DNA from: Armatimonadota bacterium
GTDB lineage: Bacteria > Armatimonadota > SYMT01
NCBI GenBank assembly: GCA_046292385.1
Contig: JBKBRF010000005.1
Coordinates: 103,744-167,743 of the forward strand
DNA length: 64,000 bases
Direction: 5' to 3'
The notes under the pieces were generated by a model that saw only the letters and a list, made by a program, of their open reading frames with translations, ran no database searches and had not been told where the DNA came from. Below, piece after piece: positions 46,335 to 55,876 of this stretch. Position 1 is the first letter of the stretch; the number at the start of each line of letters is the position of its first letter. A program made the translations under genes and the position numbers.

Positions 46335-47477
46335 CTACTTTTCGACCGGAGTGTCCGGGCGGCTGGTGTAGTCCGCGAACGAGCCGTAGTAGACTTTGAC
46401 CCGGGGGTAGCCGATCAGCTTGAGCGTGAAGAGGGAGTGCGACGCACGCCCGCCCGACGCTCAATAAGTGACCACCTCTTTGTCGGGGGTTACCCCCTTG
46501 CTCTCGTAGAGCTTCTTCAGCTCCGGGCCGCTCTTGAACACCTGGTGCGGGCCGGTCACGTTCTCCGACCAGTCGACGTTCACCGAATTCGGGATCCGAC
46601 CCGCCTTCTTCGCGCCGCCGGAGAGCCGCTCTCCCGTGAATTCGTCTGCGGAGCGGGTGTCCAGCACCACCACGTCGGGCCGACGCGCGAGCAGCTCCGG
46701 CGCGGCGCAGACCAGCTCCGGCACCTTCTTCGGTTTGAAGGTCGTCGCGGCGACCCGGGGAGCTTCCACCGTCGTGGGCCGCTTCTCCGCCGTCCACTTG
46801 CTCCAGCCGCCGTTGACCAGGCTCACCTTCGGGTGGCCGTAGGCGTTCAGCACGAACCAGAGCCGGGCCGCGCTGCGGCCGCCCGCGTCATCGTAGATCA
46901 CCACGTGGGTGTCGGCGCCGATCCCCGCCTTTCCCATCATCGCAGCGAACGCCTCCGGGCTCGGCAGGAAGTCGGCGGTGTCGTTCGCGTCCCGCAGCGG
47001 GCCCTCGGACAGCCGGACCGCCCCCGGGAGGTGCCCGGCGGAGTACTTCTCATCCGAGCGCATGTCGACGATCCGGACCGTCGGGTCCTGGAGCCGGTGC
47101 TCCAGCCAGCTCGTCTCCACCAGCAGCTCCGGGTGGGCCCAGCCGCCGGAGCGGAACGTCTCCAGGTGCGCGAAGAGCGCCTGCGCCTTCTCGCCGTCGA
47201 GCTGCACCGCGGCGAAGCCTTTCGACTTCTCGATCACCTCCAGGGCGGAGAGGCGCTGCGTGATGTCGACCAGGCTCCTGGCGCCGGCGTAGGTGGTGGT
47301 ATCGGCGCCGTCCTCGCCGTGACAGCGCGCGCAGTAGGTGGCGTAGAGCGTCTCGCCCTTCGCCCGCAGGCTCGCGGACTCCGGCCTGGGAGCCGCCTGC
47401 GCGCCGAGGACAGACGCCAGGACTATTCCGATGGACGCGCCCACGCCCGCCCAGGCCGCGACTCTTCGCGGATACAT
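46335..47477 (-). CDS. Exported cytochrome c - tandem rhodanese (sulfurtransferase) fusion with in-frame TGA at the catalytic position; probable selenoprotein, 380 aa
   Basis: Signal peptide, CARCH, GHLPGA and GRIPNS. Reads KEVVTY-[TGA 46463-46461]-ASGGRASHSLFTLKLIGYPRVKVYYGSFADYTSRPDTPVEK-TAG. Confidence 0.88.
46421..46463 (-). promoter_or_regulatory. Candidate bacterial SECIS hairpin
   Basis: UGAGCGU pairs with ACGCUCA (+34 to +40). Upper stem GGG-C-GUGC / GCAC-U-CCC closes a GUC loop starting 18 nt after the UGA. Confidence 0.65.
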
Positions 47478-47650
47478 CGATCCCCCTCCCGCGGCGCCTC
47501 CGCGCCGCTCCGATTCAGTCTACTCCGGGCCGGCTTCGATGACCCGCGTCACCACGCGTGCTGCCGAATTCAACTGGAATGCGATACGTAGACGGCACCG
47601 ACTATCTGACCGGGAGAACCCCAGACCCCCTCGTTCAGGAGTAGCCCCGA

Positions 47651-48187
47651 ATGCCGAACGTTCTCTCCAGCCTCTATCCGTTCCACGGCAAGATCGTTAC
47701 CGTCCGCGTCGACGACGTCCGGCTGCCCGACGGCCACGTGACGCAGCAAGAAGTGGTGGAGCACCGGGAGTCGATGACGGTAGTCGCCCTCGACTCGGAA
47801 GACCGCCTGGTGCTGGTGCGGCAGTACCGGCACGCGGTGGGCGAGGTGCTGCTGGAGACGGCGGCTGGATCGATCGACGACGGCGAGACCCCGGAGGAGG
47901 CGGTGAACCGCGAGCTGGCGGAGGAGACCGGCTACCGGGCCCGCCAGGTGGCGCGGCTCGGCAGCTTCTACCTCGCCCCCGGCTGGGCCACGGAGCACAT
48001 GCACGTCTTCCTCGCGCGGGACCTGTATGAGTCGCCGGAAGAGGGGGACGAGGACGAGCGGATCGAGGTGGTGCATCTTTCCATTCCGGAGTGGGAAGAG
48101 ATGATCGCGCAGGGCGCGGTGCGGGACTGCAAGAGCCTGGGAGCCTGGCATCTCGCCCGCCGCTATCTCTGGGAGACGCGAGGATGA
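47651..48187 (+). CDS. NUDIX hydrolase, ADP-ribose pyrophosphatase-like
   Basis: LVRQYR and Nudix box AGSIDDGETPEEAVNRELAEETG. Confidence 0.92.
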   Translation: MPNVLSSLYPFHGKIVTVRVDDVRLPDGHVTQQEVVEHRESMTVVALDSEDRLVLVRQYRHAVGEVLLETAAGSIDDGETPEEAVNRELAEETGYRARQVARLGSFYLAPGWATEHMHVFLARDLYESPEEGDEDERIEVVHLSIPEWEEMIAQGAVRDCKSLGAWHLARRYLWETRG

Positions 48188-48753
48188 GCCGGACCGACGC
48201 GCAGCGACTGGTCGCCGCTGCCGCCTTCGCCGCGGAGATCCACCACGGTCAGTGCCGCGATGAAGGGACGCCGTACCTCGAGCACCCGCTCCGCGTGGCC
48301 CGCATCGCGGCCGACGAGATCGGCATCTCGGATCCGGAGTTGCTGATCGCGGCGCTGCTGCACGACACGCTCGAGGACGCAGACGATCCGGAGGCGGCGC
48401 GGCGGCGCATCCGGGAGGAGTTCGGGGAGCGCGTGCTGGAGGTCGTGGAGCTGCTGACGAAGCCGTCCGACGACGGGACCTCAAAAGAGGCGCGCGATCG
48501 CGAGTACCATTCGCGCCTGCAGCAGGCTCCGCGGGAGGTCCAGGCGCTGAAGATCGCCGACCGGCTGGACAACACCCGGTTCCTGATCCACTCTCCCGAC
48601 TCGAAGAAGCGCGGCCGCTACCTGCGCGAAACGGAGGAGGAGTACCTCCCGCTCGCGGAGAAGGCGGGCGTACTGGTGGAGCCGCTCCGCGAGGCCACCC
48701 GGCGCGTGCGAGAGCTCTACGGCCCACCCCCGGAACCGGACGCCCAGGAATGA
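48184..48753 (+). CDS. Stand-alone HD domain, SpoT/Mesh1-like small alarmone hydrolase
   Basis: HHGQCR..GTPYLEHP, ALLHDTLED and KIADRLDN. ATGA overlap with the NUDIX gene. Confidence 0.85.
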   Translation: MSRTDAQRLVAAAAFAAEIHHGQCRDEGTPYLEHPLRVARIAADEIGISDPELLIAALLHDTLEDADDPEAARRRIREEFGERVLEVVELLTKPSDDGTSKEARDREYHSRLQQAPREVQALKIADRLDNTRFLIHSPDSKKRGRYLRETEEEYLPLAEKAGVLVEPLREATRRVRELYGPPPEPDAQE

Positions 48754-49646
48754 AGAGACTCGCCGCCGCCTTCCTGCTCTCCCTCTTGCTCTCCAGCGCT
48801 GCCGTCCCGGCACCGAGCTACGGCGAGGGCCAGGTTGCGGAGCTCCTCGCCGTTGCAGTAGCGGAGCAGGAGCCGGAGCGGCGGCGGGCGCAGGCGATCC
48901 GAGCGCTGGAGCACACGGAGCTGCGCACGCATCTCCCGGCGCTGCGGCGGCTCCTGCGAGAAGAGCGCAGCCTCGACATCCGCCTCGCCGCCGCGTGCAC
49001 GCTGGCGGCGCTCGGCGACCGGAAGTCGCCGGCCGACCTCCTCCTGGTCACCGCCTACGACCAGGAGCGCACCCCGAGCTGCACCCGCTCCGACGTCGTC
49101 CTGGCGCTGGCGCGCACCGGCAACCCGGCCGCCGTGCTGCACCTGCGGAAGGCGCTGGAGGCCCCCGCGCCGGCGGACGAGCCGTTCTTCTACGCCGACG
49201 CCTGCCGCGCGCTCAGCATCCTAGGCACGCCGGAGGCGCTCGCGGAGCTGGGACGCGCGCTGCGAGAGGGCTCGGCCGAGGTCCGCCACGCCGCCGTCAC
49301 CCCCCTCGCCAACGCGGCTCGAACGCTGAGCGTGGAGGAGCGGGCCTGGGTGAGCGCCGCGCTGCTCTACCGCGCGCGAGAGGACGCCGAGCCGCGCGTA
49401 GCGGAGCAGGCGATGAGCGGGCTCTTCTGGTGCGGAGTGGACGCTTCCGCATTCTTTCGACTGCTGGAAGCCGATCCCGAGCCGGAGGTCCGCGCCCGCG
49501 CCGCCCGGGTGATGAACCGCCACTACCTCCGCCCCCGCCACCTGGAGCGCCTGCGCGCCGCCCTCGCGACCGAGCGGGATGCCGGGGTCCGGACCGCGAT
49601 CGAAGAGACGCTCCGCAGCCAGGAGCGCGGGGATCGCGTCCAATAG
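48750..49646 (+). CDS. Secreted HEAT-repeat protein
   Basis: Signal peptide and repeats such as DIRLAAACTLAALG, EVRHAAV and DPEPEVRARAA. ATGA overlap with the HD gene. Confidence 0.8.
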   Translation: MKRLAAAFLLSLLLSSAAVPAPSYGEGQVAELLAVAVAEQEPERRRAQAIRALEHTELRTHLPALRRLLREERSLDIRLAAACTLAALGDRKSPADLLLVTAYDQERTPSCTRSDVVLALARTGNPAAVLHLRKALEAPAPADEPFFYADACRALSILGTPEALAELGRALREGSAEVRHAAVTPLANAARTLSVEERAWVSAALLYRAREDAEPRVAEQAMSGLFWCGVDASAFFRLLEADPEPEVRARAARVMNRHYLRPRHLERLRAALATERDAGVRTAIEETLRSQERGDRVQ

Positions 49647-49686
49647 GCCGGGGCTCCTCACTCACCGGCTCAAGGGGAGGGCTTCG

Positions 49687-49968
49687 ATGCGACGCCGCGC
49701 CGGAGTGCTGCTGGCTACCGCAAGTCTCCTGACGGCGCTGCTGCTGATCGGCGCCGCGGTCGGAGACTACGCCCTCTCGGGCGGGCCGCTCTCGCCAGGC
49801 CTCCGCACACAGTTCTCTCTAGTCCCGGCGAGCCCGTGGCGCTTCGACACCCTGGTAGGCTGCGGGCCGGGCACCGTGACCTACGTGACGACCATCGGAC
49901 CGGTGCAGATCGTCCGCGAGGGCGGACGCAGCCCCTTTGATTCGCGACGTGGCACTGCACGGCAATGA
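49687..49968 (+). CDS. Small hypothetical membrane or secreted protein
   Basis: GGGGAGG RBS, then MRRRAGVLLATASLLTALLLIGAAV. Confidence 0.55.
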   Translation: MRRRAGVLLATASLLTALLLIGAAVGDYALSGGPLSPGLRTQFSLVPASPWRFDTLVGCGPGTVTYVTTIGPVQIVREGGRSPFDSRRGTARQ

Positions 49969-50059
49969 GGGATGCCCCGTACTGTAATCGGCGGAACCCG
50001 AGCGCTTGCTCGTGGGTCAGGAAAGCAGCACGTGGGTCGATCCACAGGAGGACGCATCA

Positions 50060-50863
50060 ATGCGTACGCCCCCCTCTCCCCGGGCGGTCGTCGGGTTACT
50101 TTTCGCCCTGGCAGCCCTTACCAGCGCTGCCCGCGGCCCCATCGCCGCAGCCGAACCGCTCACCCCATCAGGGTATGAAGGCGACCGGTATGAGCCGGAC
50201 GACTCCCCGTACCGCTCCCGCAAGATCTCGATCTACAGCCGCCCGCAGCGGCACAGCCTGCACTGGTCGAAGGATTGGGACTTCGTCCGTTTTCGGGTGC
50301 CGGCCGGCAAGGTGGCCGTGATCGAGACGTTCGACCTCACCGACGGCTGCGACACGGTGCTGAGCCTCTTCGATAGCGACGGTGAGTCGAAGCTTTGGGA
50401 GTCGGACGACTTCCGCGACGAGGACCGGTCCGTCCTCCGGTACGCGGTGGAGCACACCGGTCTCTACTACGCCAAAGTGCGGCAGGTGGACGGCGCCGAC
50501 GAGCGGGAGAAGGGGTACTCCCTGCGAGTGCGGGTGCAGGAGCCACGCCTGGGCGGCAAGATCGACCCGGTGTGGATCTTCGGATTCCCCGGCACGCGCC
50601 GCGGCCGCACCGGCACCGCCACGCTGGAGCTGAAGAACCACAGCGTCTACGAGAACCTGCGGATCGTGGTCGATAAGATCGAAGGGCCGTTCAGCGTCGT
50701 GGAGGGACCCGGGAGCACGATCCTGCCGCCGCGCGGGGTGCTGCCGCTGCGGCTCGCGTTCCATCCCGAGATTCGCGGCACCGTGACCGGCAAGCTCTAC
50801 CTGAAGACAAGCGCCCGGGAGCGGCGAAGGGTGGAGATCAGCCTGGTCGGCACGGGGCTATAG
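50060..50863 (+). CDS. Secreted protein with a PPC-like domain and an Ig-like (ASH-type) domain
   Basis: AGGAGG RBS, signal peptide, DRYEPDD..DWDFVRF..DTVLSLFDSDG..TGLYY and a C-terminal ..FHP..ISLVGTG. Confidence 0.78.
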   Translation: MRTPPSPRAVVGLLFALAALTSAARGPIAAAEPLTPSGYEGDRYEPDDSPYRSRKISIYSRPQRHSLHWSKDWDFVRFRVPAGKVAVIETFDLTDGCDTVLSLFDSDGESKLWESDDFRDEDRSVLRYAVEHTGLYYAKVRQVDGADEREKGYSLRVRVQEPRLGGKIDPVWIFGFPGTRRGRTGTATLELKNHSVYENLRIVVDKIEGPFSVVEGPGSTILPPRGVLPLRLAFHPEIRGTVTGKLYLKTSARERRRVEISLVGTGL

Positions 50864-50879
50864 GGCCTCGCCCCGGGTA

Positions 50880-50923
50880 CAGCGCAAAGGGCCGGAGGGG
50901 TCTGCCTCCGGCCCTTTGCGCTG
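50880..50923. terminator. Perfect 19-bp hairpin between convergent genes, probable terminator
   Basis: CAGCGCAAAGGGCCGGAGG-N6-CCTCCGGCCCTTTGCGCTG. Confidence 0.6.
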
Positions 50924-50928
50924 GTAGT

Positions 50929-51077
50929 GCGTATTTCGTATTGCGTAGCGGTGCGTTTACTGGTGTTTCCGGTAGCGTCGTGCCGAGCGGGATGCCTTTT
51001 ACAGCGCCTTGCCCGGCAGAATGCTTCGCCAGGTGGTACCGGCACGCCGCTGCGCAATACGGAATACGAAATACGCC
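50929..51077. repeat. Inverted 7-mer (CGTATTK) arm element, partial homolog at 3733-3801
   Basis: GCGTATTTCGTATTGCG ... CGCAATACGGAATACGAAATACGC. GTATTGCGTAGCGG-N26-TCGTGCCGRGCGG occurs at both 3749 and 50938. Confidence 0.7.
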
Positions 51078-51971
51078 TCAGTTCACTCCCACCGCGTGGC
51101 GAAGCTTCCGGAGCGCCCGCGTCTCGATGTGGCGGATGCCCTCGCGAGACATGTTCAGCTCCTGGGCCAGCTCCTTCAGGCTGCGGACGCGGCCGTCGCG
51201 CAGGCCGTAGCGGTTCTCGATGACCGTCCGCTCCTTCGGCTTCAGCACGCCGAGGATCCGCGCCAGGTTCTCCCGGTCCGCGGCCTGCAGCGCGCAGTCT
51301 TCCGGATCCTGTGCTTCCGCGTCGAGCTGCAGGTCGCCAAGGGTGTAGTCTTCCGCCTCACCCAGCAGCACGTCGAGAGAGACCGGCTCCTGGATGCTCT
51401 GCAGCAGCGCGTTCACGGTGCTGACAGAGAGGGCCGTCTCGGCGGCGAGCTCCTCGGAGGTCGGCTGGCGCCCGAGCTTGTCGGAAAGCTGCATGCTGCT
51501 CCGCTCCAGCTTGCCGACCGCGTGGTAGGCATACGTGGGGAGCCGGATCATGCGGCTTTGCTTCTCAATGGCCCGCACGATCGCCTGGCGGATCCAGTAA
51601 GTAGCGTAGGTGGAGAAGCGGAACCCTTTGGTGGGATCGAACTTGTTGATGGCGCTCATGAGACCCAGGATGCCTTCCTGGACCACGTCTTCGAACGTCA
51701 TACCCCGGCAGTTGTAGTGCCGGGCAATGCTCACCACGAGGCGGAGGTTCGCCTCGATCATCCGTTCGCGGGCACGCTCGTCGCCGCCGCGAATCCGTTC
51801 TGTGAGGTCGATCTCTTCGTGAACGGTAAGGAGGGGACCGTCCGCCTTATACTGCCACGGTGGGATACCGTTCTGGTGTGCGTTCTGCTCCGGGTCCAGG
51901 TGGGACTGACGAGATCCTGTCTCGTCTGAGGATTGCCGGGATCGCATGTGCGCCGTCCTTTCCGCTGCCAT
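51078..51971 (-). CDS. RNA polymerase sigma-70 factor, RpoD/SigA-like without region 1.1
   Basis: [33 protein letters not shown] and region 4 [17 protein letters not shown]. Start uncertain. Confidence 0.93.
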   Translation of the reverse strand: MAAERTAHMRSRQSSDETGSRQSHLDPEQNAHQNGIPPWQYKADGPLLTVHEEIDLTERIRGGDERARERMIEANLRLVVSIARHYNCRGMTFEDVVQEGILGLMSAINKFDPTKGFRFSTYATYWIRQAIVRAIEKQSRMIRLPTYAYHAVGKLERSSMQLSDKLGRQPTSEELAAETALSVSTVNALLQSIQEPVSLDVLLGEAEDYTLGDLQLDAEAQDPEDCALQAADRENLARILGVLKPKERTVIENRYGLRDGRVRSLKELAQELNMSREGIRHIETRALRKLRHAVGVN

Positions 51972-52166
51972 AGTACCACAGGCGCCGGCTTGCACCTAAT
52001 TGTTTGTGGTAATTGCTTATTAACGCTCGCTTATCAATCGATAGGGAGTTATCGGAGCTGTTAATGATTGACGCGGGCGCCCGGGGAATGTGGGCGCAAT
52101 GCCGGTGGCGACAATTGGGGGGTCTTTGAGCTCGAAGCGCTCGAGCGCGGGGTTGGGTTCCGGACT

Positions 52167-52194
52167 AGTATACCGAACGTGAAAAAAAGCGCAA
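52167..52194 (-). promoter_or_regulatory. Candidate sigma70 promoter for the sigma factor gene
   Basis: TTGCGC-N16-TATACT, about 195 nt upstream of the start, followed by an AT-rich leader. Confidence 0.45.
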
Positions 52195-52344
52195 CCCCAA
52201 TCGGGCTCCGTCCGCGGCAGTCACTGCGGCCCGTTTACCCACCCTCTCACTACTCTAACCCTCAAATCCTGAGCAGTATACGCAGCGGGGGCCACAAGGC
52301 TGACCCCCGCTGCCTAAGAGTTATCTGAACGGTGTCCTGCCGGC

Positions 52345-53844
52345 TCAGCCCGGCGCCTGCTCCCCGGAAAGGGCGGCAAGCAGCGCCTGCAGCAGCCGCC
52401 ACGTCTCTTCCACCGTGCGAATCTGCACCCGCTCTTCCGGGGTGTGCGCCCCCTCGATCCGGGGGCCGAAGGAGATGGCGTCGAGGCCCGGCAGCCGGGA
52501 GGCGATCACGCCGCACTCCAGGCCGGCGTGGATCACCTGCACCGCGGCGGGGCGTCCGAACACCTGCTGGTAGACCGACGCGGTGGTGTGCAGCAGCGGC
52601 GAGCCGGGGTTCGGCTCCCAGCCGCCGTAGCCTTCCCGCAGCTCCACCTCCGCGCCGGCCTCCCGCCCGCGCTGCACGATCTCCGCCTGCAGGCGATCCA
52701 GCTCGGCGTCGACGAACGAGCGGCTGCTGGTTCCGATCTCCAGGATCCCCGTGTGGGTGCGGACCATCGCGAGATTCGAAGAGGTCTCCACCTTCCCCTC
52801 GAAGGCCTGGCTCCAGGTGAGCGGGCCGTGCGGGAGGTCGCGCAGGAGGTCGATCGCCCGCACCGTGTCGGCGGCACTGAACGGCTCGGCCGGCTCGGCC
52901 GCGTCCCGCAGCTCCAGCGCGAAGCCCGGCTCGTCGTCTCCCCATTCCGCGGAGATCTCGTCCCGCGCCGCCGCCACCGCCGATTCCAGTGCCGCAAGCT
53001 GCTCCCGCGGCAGCGCCAGCGTGGCCGCGGCATCCCGCGGAATCGCGTTGTGCGCGTTGCCGCCGTGCAGGCGGTCGAGCCGGAAGTCGATTCCCGCCTC
53101 CCGGACGCGCTCCAGCGCCCGGACGAGCAGCTTGTTGGAGTTGGCGAGCCGCTCGTGGATCTGCACGCCGCTGTGACCGCCTTTCAGACCGGAGACCACC
53201 AGCTCCCGCCCGATCCATCCCGCCGGAACGGGCTCGCGGTCGACCGGCAGCCGCAGCACGGCGCCGCTTCCGCCCGCGCAGCCGACCGTCAGCTCGCGCG
53301 GGTCTTCGCTATCGAGGTTGATGAGCAGCCGGGCGCGCACCAGCTCCGGATCGAGGTGGGCCGCGCCGTGCAGACCGGTCTCCTCCTCCACCGTGAAGAT
53401 CAGGTCGAGCGGCCCGCGCTCCACCGTGGGATCGGTCAGCGCCGCCAGCCCCGCCGCCGCGCCGATGCCGTTGTCCGCGCCGAGGGTCGTCCCGGTGGCG
53501 TAGACCCACTCCCCCTCCACGCGGGGGCGGATCGGGTCGGACAGGAAGTCGTGCGTCACGTCCGGCCGCGCCTCGCAGACCATGTCGAGGTGCGCCTGGA
53601 TCGCCACCGCGGGCGCTCCCTCCCGGCCCGGCGTGGCCGGCGCCTGGATCACCACGTTGCCGCGGGCATCCCGCAGCACAGTGGCTCCGGCCGCCTCCCC
53701 CACCGAGGCGACGTAGTCGCACGCACTGCCCTCGCGGCCGGAAGGACGGGGAATGGCGTTGAGCGCGGCGAACTGCCGCCACAACTCGCGCGGCTCTAGC
53801 TGGGCGTAGACTTGGATCGGGTCGAGGGCAGAGTTCTGGGACAT
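52345..53844 (-). CDS. pepD: Aminoacyl-histidine dipeptidase (M20C)
   Basis: QAHLDMV, TTLGADNGIG, EEETG, NLDSE, GGHSG, IHAGLECG and HTPEE. Confidence 0.95.
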   Translation of the reverse strand: MSQNSALDPIQVYAQLEPRELWRQFAALNAIPRPSGREGSACDYVASVGEAAGATVLRDARGNVVIQAPATPGREGAPAVAIQAHLDMVCEARPDVTHDFLSDPIRPRVEGEWVYATGTTLGADNGIGAAAGLAALTDPTVERGPLDLIFTVEEETGLHGAAHLDPELVRARLLINLDSEDPRELTVGCAGGSGAVLRLPVDREPVPAGWIGRELVVSGLKGGHSGVQIHERLANSNKLLVRALERVREAGIDFRLDRLHGGNAHNAIPRDAAATLALPREQLAALESAVAAARDEISAEWGDDEPGFALELRDAAEPAEPFSAADTVRAIDLLRDLPHGPLTWSQAFEGKVETSSNLAMVRTHTGILEIGTSSRSFVDAELDRLQAEIVQRGREAGAEVELREGYGGWEPNPGSPLLHTTASVYQQVFGRPAAVQVIHAGLECGVIASRLPGLDAISFGPRIEGAHTPEERVQIRTVEETWRLLQALLAALSGEQAPG

Positions 53845-53920
53845 CGGGGCCTCTCCGAGAGAGCTGAAACTTCCTCGGCACGTTGCCCTGACCAGGACTA
53901 CTTTCCTGCGGCTAATGGAA

Positions 53921-55858
53921 CTAACGCGAGTTCGTTGGGGTGAAGCCCAGCACGTCCGGGAAGCCGTCGCGGTTGCGGTCGCGGAGGTACTCCAGCTCGG
54001 AGCCGTAGGCGCGGTCCACGTTCGCCAGCGCCTGGCTGACGATCCGCCGGCCGTCCGGGGCGAAGCCCGGGCCTTCGATCCGGCCGGGGACGTTGAAGAG
54101 CCACTCCGGGTTGAACCGCTCCACGCCGGTGTCCCGGCCCGCGACGCGGAAGTGCCGCTCGATGCGTCCGTCCCCGTTCAGGTCGGTCGGCAGGTCGTCG
54201 GTGCCGTAGAGGACCAGGCTGCGGAGGAAGGCGAGCAGGTCGCCCCGCTCGCTGGAGGAGAGACGCCGGTACCTCCGGCGGGTCTCGGCCGCTTCACCCC
54301 CGTGCCGCTCGATCGCCTCCTCCAGCGTGAGGGCGCCGCCGTCATGGCCGTAAGGAGCCGTGGTGCCGACGCCCCAGAGCGGAGTCGTGCGGAAGTGGGT
54401 CAGGGTGCTCCCGTCGAACTGGAGCTGCCGGCACTCCGGTCCGAGGTCGTGGTAGCGGAAGTCGCTGTAGATCCCGCGGATGGTGAAGGCGCCGCGCCTC
54501 CGCCGCCACACACCGTCTCTCCGCTGGGCCAGCAAGCGGACCCGTCCCTGCAGCCGGCCCTCGCGGCCCGGCGCGACCTCCAGGTCGAAGAAGCGCCGGT
54601 CGCCCAGGAAGCGCCGGGTGTAATCTGCAGCCTTTGGCGCGGCGGCTTCGAGCTTCCAGTCCGGCGTATGGCAGGAGCCGCACCCGATGCGGGAGAAGAG
54701 GCGCTCGCCGCGGGCGACCTCCGGCGTGCGGGCGGCGCGGGCGGGCGCCGGGTGGTTCAGCAGGTACCACTCCGCCAGGTCGAGGTCGCCCTCGCTGATC
54801 TCCTCCACGTGCCCGTCCCGGTCCGGGTCGTCCAGGCTCACCCCTCCGGCGCCGCGCCGCTGCCCCCGGTCCCGCGAGGCGCCGCTCACGTACTGCGGCA
54901 TCCCCGCCAGCGAGGTCCTCGCCAGGCCGTCGCCGTTCGGCTCGGCAAGACAGGTCGGATCGTAGGCCTGCAGGCCGGAGTGGATGTCCCACGGCTGGGC
55001 GGTAAAGATCCGCAGGGTGCCCGCGATCGGAACCCGGGCGCGGTGGCCGAACCCGAACGGCTGGAGCTCCAGCGTGTAGGCGGCCACTCCCGGCGCCTTT
55101 AGGCTCCGCGCCCAGGGAATGCGCTTGCCGCTCGCGTCGAGGTAGACGATGTGGACGGCGGGATCGAGGTCCGGCCGACCGTTCCCGTCGACGTCGCCGA
55201 ACCGGCCGAAGTCGATGGCGTGCCGGCCGGGTGCCCCCTCCGGCAGGTTGTAGACCCGCGCGCGGCGCCCAAAGCTCTCCCGCGCGTCGATCCGGCCGTC
55301 CCGGTTCCGGTCCCCGAGAGCGAGCAGCTTGAGCCGGAGGTCCCAGCCGAGCATCTCGATCAGTCCGGCGCCGTAGAGGTGCGGCGTGTTCCGGCCCGTC
55401 CCGCCGTTCTTGGCAATCGTCGCGCCGTGTCCGGCGTCCCGGTACGGGATGTTGTGGCAGGTGCCGCAAGAAGAGGCGTGGCCCAGCTGCTGCTGGCGCG
55501 TGACGCCGTCGTCCAGGACGGGGCCGCCGTGCTGGCCGCTCTCGCCGAAGACGCCGTCCCACGCCGCGAACTCTCGCAGGAACAGCTCCCGCCCCCGCTG
55601 GTAGCCAAGCCACGGATCGACGTAGAGCAGGTACGCGGTGGTGCCCGGCTTACGCGGGTCCCGGGAGTGGACCGCCCGTACGCGCGCGGTCTTGATCGAG
55701 CGGCCCGAGACGTCGCGCGGCACCGCCGCCGGATCGTCACCCAGCCCGCCGGGCCGCTCCGTCCGGTATTCCAGCCGGGGCAGGTCGCCGGAGACGCCCA
55801 CCGCCACCGCCAGCGGTGCCGCGAGCGCGCCGAGAGCCGCCATCAAGATACGCCGCAT
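53921..55858 (-). CDS. Secreted di-heme oxidoreductase (DHOR-like) with multiple DxDxDG loops
   Basis: Signal peptide, CGTCH, RNTPHLYGAGL, CGSCHTP, YSDFRYHDLG and FRTTPLWGVGTTAPYGHDG. Confidence 0.85.
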   Translation of the reverse strand: MRRILMAALGALAAPLAVAVGVSGDLPRLEYRTERPGGLGDDPAAVPRDVSGRSIKTARVRAVHSRDPRKPGTTAYLLYVDPWLGYQRGRELFLREFAAWDGVFGESGQHGGPVLDDGVTRQQQLGHASSCGTCHNIPYRDAGHGATIAKNGGTGRNTPHLYGAGLIEMLGWDLRLKLLALGDRNRDGRIDARESFGRRARVYNLPEGAPGRHAIDFGRFGDVDGNGRPDLDPAVHIVYLDASGKRIPWARSLKAPGVAAYTLELQPFGFGHRARVPIAGTLRIFTAQPWDIHSGLQAYDPTCLAEPNGDGLARTSLAGMPQYVSGASRDRGQRRGAGGVSLDDPDRDGHVEEISEGDLDLAEWYLLNHPAPARAARTPEVARGERLFSRIGCGSCHTPDWKLEAAAPKAADYTRRFLGDRRFFDLEVAPGREGRLQGRVRLLAQRRDGVWRRRRGAFTIRGIYSDFRYHDLGPECRQLQFDGSTLTHFRTTPLWGVGTTAPYGHDGGALTLEEAIERHGGEAAETRRRYRRLSSSERGDLLAFLRSLVLYGTDDLPTDLNGDGRIERHFRVAGRDTGVERFNPEWLFNVPGRIEGPGFAPDGRRIVSQALANVDRAYGSELEYLRDRNRDGFPDVLGFTPTNSR

Positions 55859-55876
55859 CGGGAGGCCTCCACGCGA

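Noticed and set aside
46461..47477. Truncated rhodanese pseudogene, as in the ORF track
   Set aside because: The stop is TGA exactly at the catalytic Cys column, with an intact downstream frame and a SECIS-like hairpin. Recoding is more likely, though unproven.
52282..52313. Hairpin GCAGCGGGGG..CCCCCGCTGC as a pepD terminator or ncRNA
   Set aside because: No U-tract on either strand and no recognisable RNA family, so function cannot be supported.
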